Source: Eledone cirrhosa (lineage: Eukaryota). From it: a stretch of DNA of 64,000 nucleotides. Shown piece after piece: positions 54,087 to 64,000 of the stretch. The stretch is from NCBI GenBank assembly GCA_964016885.1, contig OZ024743.1, positions 34,224,001-34,288,000 on the forward strand, given 5' to 3'. The notes beneath the pieces were generated by a model, which ran no database searches, had not been told where the DNA came from, and saw only the letters and a program-made list of their open reading frames with translations. The position numbers were made by a program, and so were the translations under genes. Each line of letters starts with the position of its first letter. Positions within the stretch are counted from its first letter, which is position 1.

Positions 54087-56767
54087 CTAGTGTTGTACAA
54101 GAACAAAAAGATAATGCTCCTTCCCTGCAAACTGCGATTTTCAGAAATTCAAACTGAACATCAAATTCATCTACAACACCAACGTGTGTGTATGTGGCAA
54201 ATGCAAATCTTCCAAGTTCTGTTCCTCATTTTGTTCCTTCAACTACTCCACCTCTGGATACAATTAGGCGTTGGTAAAATAAAAGAAAGACTAGAAGAAT
54301 TGCGTAGGTTCTATATATCATGAACCAGCGTAGAGCAACGCAGATCGCAATGCTAGATTTCATAACTTGGTGGTCATCTATAAATTTCTTAGTGAACTTT
54401 GTGTGCGCAATTTCGTTTCTATCCCCATTTACGACGATACCTTTTCGTAAATGAATAATTAACGTAACTTCATATCTTTATTCGGTCTCGTCTATCTGGA
54501 AATCTATGCCTATTAAAAAGAAAGAGAAGGGGAAAAACGAAAAAATAAATGTAAGAAAGAAAGAGATTGAGATAAAGAAAACTAACGTAAGCAGGAAAGA
54601 AGTAAACACGCGAACAGAGAACGGACGACAGAAAGTTCTGCTTCCATTATCATTCGAAAATGTCTCCGGAATTTGAAATTCCATTTGGTTTGTTGTTGAT
54701 TGGCTAAACGACAACAACTACAACAACAAAAACAATAAATGTAATTGAAACAACAGATACCGAAAGCTATCAGTGCATTAATAATCTAAGGACCCGAATA
54801 AGTCAAATAAATAAATAGATAAATAAACAAATACATAAATAAATATATGAACAGAAATCGCTGAAAATTCCAGCGAAAATTTTGTGTAAGACTTTCCTTG
54901 ATTCTAATCGACGTTGTCATTAACCGTAATCAGGGAAAACATCGGCAGAAGACCGGTTATGTATATAACCCTAGGACGCCATGGATGATAGAATCGTCGC
55001 AATGTTTAATAGAAAGAAAGACGTTGACACAGACGAAAAAAATAATAATAATGAGACAGGTCGGTAAAGGAGAGCACAGAAGTTGTATAATGTCTTCTGT
55101 AATGATTTGTTTCTTTGTTTCTTCCTGCATAAAATCCTGCTTTGATAAATGTAACAACAGTGGGTTGGTGTTGGCTGAAAAGCTGTCTCGCTTTTAGCTT
55201 ATCTAATTATTCACCCCATTAGACCCTATACCGACAAATTCCAGTTTGTAGATCGTGACAACAAACGCTAAACAGAATAAACATGCTCTCTCGTTCACAC
55301 ACGCACACATTTACACACATGAAAACAGTCGCACACAGACACACACACACTCTCTCTCTCTCTCTCTCTTTCTCCTTTCATTCTCTCTTTCTCCACCTCT
55401 CTTTCTCTCTTTTCTCTCTCTCATTCTCTCTCCCTCTCTCCCCCTCTCTCTCCCTATCTCTTGTATTTTTCTCAGCTTCTGCTTTCTGACAAATTAAAAA
55501 TGCCTGCCAAAGAATTTCTTCAATAATTAGTAGTAAAAATGAGAGAGATCAAGTTTGTACATTAACCACTTTCTACGGCATCTTCCATTGACAGCATTAA
55601 CAAGATGCTTAACAACAACAACAACAGCAGCGCCACCACTTCCAACAAAAACCTCAACAACATGAGCCAAACGATGGACCCTACTTGTACGCGACAAAGG
55701 ACGTAAGCTAACGAGGAATTCTGTACGTAATCTATTGACCTGCTGCAAATAGCAACCTAATCTCTCGCAAATCACACTCAACCGTCTTAAGAAAGGACGG
55801 ACACATAGGATAATGTAGTCAGAGATCAACAGCCTGAAAATTATATTGGATGGTCACTGCTGGAACTCATTTAATCATAGAACTGTTCGATCACGGTTGA
55901 CCTGAGGTAGATAATCAACACTACCACTACTACTATCCACCTCATTAAATTAAAAGCAACAATACAAATGACTATTTATTTTAAATAATTGTTTCTACTA
56001 TAGGCACAATGCGAGAAATTTGTAGGGGAGGAGAAAGTCGATTAAATCGACGCCAGTACTCACTGGTACTTTATTTTATCCCCCCCCCCCCGTAAGGATG
56101 AAAAGCAAAGTTAACCTCGGCAGGATTTAAACTCAGATCGTAAAGGCCAGTAACTCCATGCTGCAAAGCATCGCGTCCAACCATCTAACGATACTGCCTG
56201 CATTATATAATCATTAATAAATTTTGCACAAGAGCAGTAATTTCCGGGGAAGGACATGTAACTAAATACTGCAAATCATTATGTCCGACTACCCTTATAA
56301 TAATTACATTTATGTTTAATAATCATTTCTAATTTAAATACAAGGTCAACAATTTATTGAGATTGCATCGATTCCATTACTTGACTGGCACTTCATTTTA
56401 TCGACCCCGGAAGGATGAAAGGCAAAGTTGACCTCAGCACAATTTGAACTAAGAACGTAACTATATGCTGCAGCAATAACAACAAAAGTAGCTTAGACAA
56501 CTACAGCGCAAACAGCAGCAGCTTAAGCATTACCAACACCAACACCCGTGGAAGACATGTTCCTCGCTGACACCACACAGATGGCGATAGATTGTGACGA
56601 CGGTAAGGAGTGGCAAGTCGTGAGCCACACGATAAAAACAAACAAACAAAAAACCCGTCTTCGCCCTCAATAAAGAGGGCGAAAGTGGGGAAAAGTAAAG
56701 AGCTAAAGCAGTGAGGCAACAAATACCAACACCTACACAAACTTCACCAAAAATAATAATAATAATA

Positions 56768-56807
<40 letters not shown>

Positions 56808-56833
56808 ATTATATATATATATATTATATATAT

Positions 56834-56866
<33 letters not shown>

Positions 56867-57126
56867 TATTATTTATATTTTTTTTTTGTGAAGTTTGTGT
56901 ACACCAACACCTACACAAACTTCACCAAAAATAATAATAATAATAATAATTGTTTCTACTTTTGGCACAAGGCCAACAAATACTCAGTACATTACTGGTA
57001 CGATAAAATAAAGTACCAGTAATGTACTGCGTAATTACTGGCCTTGTGCCAAAAGTAGAAACAATTATTATTATTTTTGGTGAAGATTGTGTAGGTGTTG
57101 GTGTTTGTAATATACATATATATTTG

Positions 57127-57181
<55 letters not shown>

Positions 57182-57199
57182 GCATAATGCATAATATAT

Positions 57200-58620
57200 C
57201 ATACCAGCACATTCGCACATCAATGACGAAAGCAAAAAAGTTTTTATAAGCTTAAAAAAGCGCAATAGAATGAGTTGCACCTAGAAACAAAATAAGGTTT
57301 TCAGAACAACATCACTATCACCAACATAGACACTGCAATATATATATACTCAACAAAATAATTATAGACACGTTTAAAAACATATCCCATGAGGCAACGT
57401 AAAAATACAACCCCAATTACACATCTGAAATAGCCAATCTCTTAAAAATCTGAGAGTATCTTAAAGAAAACACCCTCAAACCACAAATAATCTAAACCAT
57501 ACCGATCATAAGAAAATGAACGAAGGAAAAAGAGAAAACTGACAAACATTAGTATTTAACATAAACTTAAATTCTAACAGTAAAACACTGCAGTGAATAG
57601 TAGTAGCATCAACATCGTCGGTCACATCTCACTACGTATCACAATAATAACCTGGAATAATATAGGTAAAGGTAAAGGACACTTAACGTCTAATGAAGTC
57701 ATAGGGGCGCTATCTTAGCATCTTAAGCCTGGTACGGCTAATCCCTCTCCAGGTCGGAACACAGTCGACTTCTTCCAGAGAAAGAGAGAAGAGTGAAATA
57801 GAGGAAGTGAGAATATGAAAAAGAGGGAGAGTGGATTTCAGTACTGGAAAAAGAGGGAGAATGGACTCCAGTACTGGAAAAGGGGGGAGAATGGACTCCG
57901 GTACTGGAAAAGGGGGGAGAATGGACTCCAGTACTTTATTTATCGACCTCGACAGTGTGAAAGGTATAATTGATCTCAACGGGATTCAAACTCAGAGCTC
58001 AGTAAGCCGAAATAAATACCAGGCCATTTTTAAACCAACGTATTTTGTTTAAGTTCGACTCAGGTTTTTAAGAGATTGGCTATTTCAAATGTGTAATTGG
58101 GGTTGTATTTTTACGTTGCTTCATGGGATATATTTTTAAATGTCTCTATAATTATTTTGTTGAGTATATATATTGCAGTGTCTGTGTTGGTGATAGTGAT
58201 GTTGTTCTGAAAACCTTATTTTGTTTCTGGGTGCAACTCGTTCTATTGCGCTTTTTGAAGTTTATAAAAGCTTTTTGCTTTCAGCATTGATGTACGAATG
58301 TGTTGTGATGATAATTGGTAGGTGGTCCAAGGAAAGTTGGGAATTGTTTGCCAAATGGTTATGCTAACTATGTTTGGGTAGCAGAAGGTAATGGTTTGGA
58401 AGGATTTTGTGTAGTAGGGTTGGTGAGGTATGTGTGAGTTGGTGTGGATTGGTTAAGATATAAAAGGAATCTAGTTGGCATCATATTGCGTCACATCTCT
58501 TTGTTATCTGTACTATTTGAAAGCCAGGAGTTTTGTGTTTTGAAGTTTGCCGCAACGGCAGCAGTTTGGGAGAGTGTTAAACTGGTGTAGCTGAGGGGTG
58601 TAATCTGGTGGGATGGTAGA
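57200..58620. mobile_element. LINE-like remnant present as an inverted pair
   Basis: ~57200-57452 is the reverse complement of ~58061-58310 with moderate divergence. Confidence 0.6.
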
Positions 58621-60913
58621 GCACCACAGAGGTATTATACACACACATACACTCTTATACACACACGCGCGCACACACACACACATATATATATGTAAAT
58701 ATATATATACATGTATGTGTTGTATTAATTTACTTCGTATTTCTAAAAGCCTGCATTTCAAGAGTCTTTCCCTATTAGTTTACCAATGCCACAAATGATA
58801 TCTGTAGCAGACGAATGTCGCAGTAGTCTCAATACCAACCCTTTCTATTTTAAAAAAAGAAAAAAGATTAAAATTAAATAAAAACCATGCGACATGAAAA
58901 TTGATTAAACAGACAGAAGAAATAGAAATAGTTCCACTTACATATTGAAATATGAAAAACAACAAAAATAGTATTGGAAACGTTAATTTTGACGTTAAAA
59001 AGTATATAACAGGAACAAAAATAGCAACTCATTTCTTGCTACTATTATGATCCAGAGTGTGGTGCTAAAAATAAGCGGTTTTTCCGAAAAAAAATCTGAA
59101 GGAAGTATGCTGCAGTGTGCCCGCTTTGCTTGAAGATTTTATCCAAGAAAGAAAAGGGATGGCATAAAAATTCCACTCAAATGTAGAGATAAATATAGCC
59201 CTGGCAAATGTGCGACAGGATTTGTACTTCCTCTCCCAAGGCAAAGAATCGGGTGTCAGGTATTTAAAACTGAGAATGAGGTGAGGAGGTAAGTATGGTT
59301 TATGCGATACAAACTTGTTCACATGGAGATGACGTAGAATGTAAGCAAAGAAAATATGACCACCACCTTGTTGCTATTTTTGCGATGTAGTACTGGTTTA
59401 ACATGTGAACAGGTAGGGTCTGCATGGAATTGCAAGTACTTTTGACAACTTACACAGACCAGACCATATCGAACATAAATCACATTACTGAAGGTTAAGT
59501 AGATTACTCAATGCAGAAAGCCCTGTTGCTACATGTGAGGAAGTAAAGATACTTTGAAAGTGTTTCGAACAGAAGGAGAAAATCGAAAGTAGAACAGCGA
59601 TAGAAAGCACTATGAGGCGCATTAACAGTGAATCCCTTAAGTGTAGATGACAGTGAAGAAGCTTACAGCTGTCTCTGTTTCTGCAGTTTCCAAAGTAACC
59701 ATTCCGAGAACGGCCAAAGCAGAATCTTAAACACAAAGTCAGTCACCTCATCGTCAGCACTATCATTATGAGAGTCAGGCAAGATGGGACACCCAGTAAC
59801 CCAAATATTTACACTCCTTACATTACAAATCCGACCAAAGCAGTTCCAACCCATCATCTCACAATTATGGCAATGTCGTTTATATTATATTACATTTTGG
59901 ACTCTTATATGCTGTGTAGGTGGCGATCTGGCAGAGTCGTTAGAACGTCGGATAGAAAGTTTTAGTGGTATTCGTTCCGGCTGTCTGAGCTCTGTCTTTC
60001 ATCATTTCAAGGGCAATAACAAAAGTACAACTACAGTACCGGGGTTGATTCTGCCTCTATAAATATTTTTCACTTCCTCTTCCCTCCCCCGTCTCTTTCT
60101 TTGCCTTCTTCTCTAAAAGAAATCTGCTGAGCTTTTCAGATCAGGTTTAAAATGCCTAAGAAATGCAGTATGGCACCCCTACGACCCACCAAAAGTTTCG
60201 GGTCCATATATGCATTTTTTAAAAAATTATAATCCCACACATTTTAGAAACTCTTTGGTATAATATAATTGTTTCTACTTTTGGCACAAGGCCAGCAATT
60301 ATCCCAGTGTATTACTGGTACTTTATTTTATCGACCCCGTAAGGATGAAAGGCAAAGTTGACCTCGGCGGGATTTGAACTCAGAAAATAAAGGGCCGTAA
60401 CTCTTTGATGCAAAGCATGGCGTCCGACCCTCTACCGATACTGCTAATTCACCGCATAATATAATGCTTTTCAGTAGTTAAATATTTAATGCGTACCTTC
60501 AATGTACTACCGAACGCAGCTTTATGCACCTTGGGCCAGTACAATAGTTTGTTCCGGTTTTGTATTTTCAATCGTATTGACAATAACCTACCTAAAATAT
60601 GCACAATAGCCAGTAGTTCTATTTTTGTAGAAGTATATACTTTCAAACGTTCAATCGACTGACAGGAAGGTATACGGTGCTGATGACAGCTAATAAGCTA
60701 GAAACTAGTTCATGGTTCCTTTGTCAGTGTTGAACAAAAGGGCAACGATGGTTGCCGAACACTGTACGGCTAATAATTCGGGCTGTTTATTTACAAACAA
60801 ACCGAACATTATAATAAATGTTCGGTAAACCCATACGTACATATATATATGTGTGCATGTATACATACATACTACTGTACGTCTGTATACATATATGTAT
60901 GTACGTATACATA

Positions 60914-60964
<51 letters not shown>

Positions 60965-61002
60965 TAATAATAAAAAGGACGAAGTGTTAGATCTTCATTA
61001 CG

Positions 61003-61041
<39 letters not shown>

Positions 61042-61110
61042 TTAAGGTAAATATTGATGCAATTCAATTCAAGCACTCAACGTATTTTTGGCACATAGGA
61101 GTGACGGAGT

Positions 61111-61184
61111 ATATATCGAATAAGAAAGCGAAGTAATTTCAGATGTTAAGGACTTTAACATCTGAAATTACTTCGCTTTCTTAT

Positions 61185-61245
<61 letters not shown>

Positions 61246-61438
61246 ATACTTGGGGAGGGTCATATTTGTGTAATATTGCCAGAATTAATAACAGAACACA
61301 CTCACTGTTTAGTTGGTTTTCGCTTCTCGCGAGTGACTGTGTTCTGTTATTAATTCTGGCAATATTACACAAATATGACCCTCCCCAAGTATAACAATAT
61401 TTGTTTCGACACACGATTTCATATAACAAACCTCGCTA

Positions 61439-61441
<3 letters not shown>
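61111..61441. repeat. Two TA-embedded hairpin elements
   Basis: Perfect hairpin ~61111-61193 (loop ggact); hairpin 61240-61300/61338-61399 with a unique tail to 61441. Confidence 0.85.
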
Positions 61442-61476
<35 letters not shown>

Positions 61477-61599
61477 ACAGGGAGAAAGAGACGATTATGA
61501 GGAAGAAAAATATATTTTTTTCCTTTTTTGTTTCTCTCTCTCTCTTTTTTCTGGGTTAGAAAATGATTAAAACGAAATGTTTTACTTTGTGTGAAGTGT

Positions 61600-62160
61600 T
61601 AAGGTATTAGTTGATTTATTTATTAGATATATATACACGAATCCTTGACGATAAAGAATTTCTCTTTTGCCTTTGTTTTATAGTTATATCTATTAGTTTC
61701 CCATTAATCATTGCTAGAACTGTAGTAATGTTGTTCTTCGTTGGATATTTAATTGTTTTCTAAATGCGTAAGGCTCCAGCCTTTATGTATTCCTTGTAAA
61801 TCATTATTTTTCTTATTTTTCTCTCTGGTCATGTATCGTCCAGTTGAGAATATAACTATAGCCGGAGAACTGAACTATCGACGCTAGCTCATTGTTTCTT
61901 AATTATACGTACAGTAAGTCTGTGTTTCGTCTAATTCTCTTATCTCTGTTTCTTTAAGTAGCTTGGTATTAGTGTCCTTAATTAATTTTCCTCTTTTCAA
62001 GGAGCACTGACTCACTTTCTAATCTGGATCTGATATCATAGTTCAATTGTCTGCTGTCTGTAACAGTGTTTCTGGTTTATTATCAGCAGCTACCAACTTG
62101 AGGTCATCAATATACAAAAGATAGTTGAATGTCCCAATCTGGTTTGTTTGTAACTGGTGA
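61600..62160 (-). mobile_element. Decayed R4/Dong-like non-LTR RT fragment
   Basis: Minus strand FNYLLYIDDLKLVA followed by LKRGKLI and YSYILNWT-like motifs. Confidence 0.55.
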
Positions 62161-63421
62161 TGTCGAGATTTGCTTGCACCAATCTTTGTACATTTTATGC
62201 CTCAGTTTCAAATTATGTGTTTCACTAAGTAAACTTAGGCTGGATGCAGGGCCGGACATTCATCTGTGGAGGCCCTAAGCTTTATGCAATTTGAGGCCCT
62301 TCGCTAAAGAAAATATAATTATTACTTTTTATATTAATGTTTAACGTAAATAAACCTTGGGTGCTTCGAAAATTATCGAGACGAAGTACGAATATATTTG
62401 AAATTTACAGAAAAGGTTGAAAACTCGAACGTGAGAAACAGCTGTGAAAACAGCCGAATACCGTCAATAATAACAGCATGGAATTCGAGTGAAATTCCTC
62501 TAAGGACAGAAAAACAGTAGCAGTGATCGCTATAGAGGTACCGAAAGTTGTGAGTTGGGTGAAATTTATAGATGGTGTGTTGGCACAAAGGAGTGATAAG
62601 TAAGGAAGAAAAGGAAAACGTGGCGACTAAGGTTACAATAAGAGTGGAGATTAAAGTTACAAATCTTACCAGACGATACAAAATCACAAATGTACCTAAA
62701 ACCTCTTCCGCTCTCACCTGGTTTGTAGTTTCACAAAAGCATGAGAGGACTATAATTTTTCATGTCAGCTCGTGCAGCAGAAACAAAATTAACCTTTCTG
62801 TTGGTATGTGATGACAATAAAACAAAACAGAATAGACGGACAGACAGGCAGACGAACCAGGGAGCGAGAGAAAATACTCCTGGTCAGTATTGCGTCGCTA
62901 GCTAAAAGAAAAGGCAGAATCCTAGGGTGGGAGTGGAAGCAAGTGGAAGCCACAGTAGGAACAGCTAGCGTGAGAAAGGACAAGTGAATAATGGGGGAGA
63001 GAGAAGACGACAAGAGACAGAAGAAACAACGAAAGGAAAGTGGTCGGCCCCTGGTCAAGATTTTTGTCCATATTGGAAAGCAATAAAATCATAGCTTATG
63101 ATAAATGTAAATAAACAATGAGTGCTTCGAAAATTATCGAGACGAAGTGCGAGTATATTTGAAATTTATAGAAAAATTTGAAAAATTGAACGCGTTAATG
63201 TTTATGATAAAGAATAAAAAGTATATATAATATATATAATTTTTGATGATTTAGTTTTAAAGAATAAAAACTAATGATAAAAGAAAAATATATTAAATAT
63301 AAAAACAACTGAGTTGAATGATGTTGTTTGTATTGCTTGGTATTTTTGTGTGGTGGTATAACGGAGTTGGCTTGTATTGATATAAGACGTATTCCGATGA
63401 TTACTTTACACTATTATTATT

Positions 63422-63757
63422 TGGGATTGGCAGTATCGGTAGAGGGCCGGACACTATGCTTTGCAGCATAGAGTTACGGCCCTTTACGTTCCGAGTTCAA
63501 ATCCCGCCGAGGTTAACTTTGCCTTTCATCCTTACGAGGTCGATAAAATAAAGTACCAGTAATGCACTGGGATAATTGCTGGCCTTGTGCCAAAAAGTAG
63601 AAAATTATTATTTTATTACAAATATCAAATCCCGCCGAGATTAACTTTGTCTTTCATCGTTACGGGGTCGATAAATAAAGCACCAGTAATGCACTGGCGT
63701 CGATTTAATCGATTTCTCCCCTCAAATTGCTGGCCTTGTGCCTAAAGTAGACACAAT
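63422..63757 (+). mobile_element. Two major tRNA-SINE copies (short-tail then long-tail variant)
   Basis: Family core; similar copies at 36853-37045, 48300-48490, 48970-49140, 55985-56200 and 60267-60455. Confidence 0.85.
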
Positions 63758-64000
63758 TGTTTCATTACATATATTTATGTTATGTTTTCATCATTTAGTT
63801 TCATTTGGTTCGCTGATTTTAGTATTATCGGATATTTTCCATACTCGTCAATAATTATTCATTTTTATTTATTTATTTATTTATATATTTATTTATTTTC
63901 TTACTCAGTATTTTGTTGTTGGTTGTCCTGTTGTTTATTGATTGATATGTATCCTGCAGCAGCCTTAGGAATTTAAGATAAATCTTATGGTTGTTACTGT

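Noticed and set aside
54022-54321. Minus-strand frame MIYRTYAILLVF... with two in-frame TGA (selenoprotein or readthrough idea)
   Set aside because: No recognisable homology, no redox motif and no visible SECIS element.
59050-59760. Possible transposase remnant or exon
   Set aside because: No recognisable motif or convincing splice-site pair.

Overview
AT-rich, repeat-saturated animal genomic DNA. The repeat landscape (huge TA/CA/GA microsatellites, abundant tRNA-SINEs, RTE and Neptune retroelements) suggests an octopus or other coleoid cephalopod, but that is an inference. No intact host protein-coding gene is visible; two candidate minus-strand exons suggest most of the window is intronic. 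Contents: a near-complete RTE-type LINE (49318-52175); two Neptune-type Penelope-like elements (PLEs) with RT and/or GIY-YIG remnants (~20011-22960, ~45831-48085); decayed Tx1/L1, CR1, R4/Dong and RTE fragments; two non-autonomous Helitron-like elements; a piggyBac-type MITE; about 30 SINE copies; and a 6.4-kb 13-bp satellite with a 2,626-bp higher-order duplication that arose inside a SINE. The main hidden signal is a dense population of short elements inserted in (TA)n tracts that share one architecture: (TA)n - inverted fold-back - sense copy - 3' tail - (TA)n. Several unrelated families of these carry hand-foldable type I hammerhead ribozymes (about 9 sites). These include canonical cores, a U3-A8 covariant core, U4 variants, palindromic stem III and long stem II inserts. 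One fold-back element carries a tRNA head instead. All structures were folded by eye and none has been tested.
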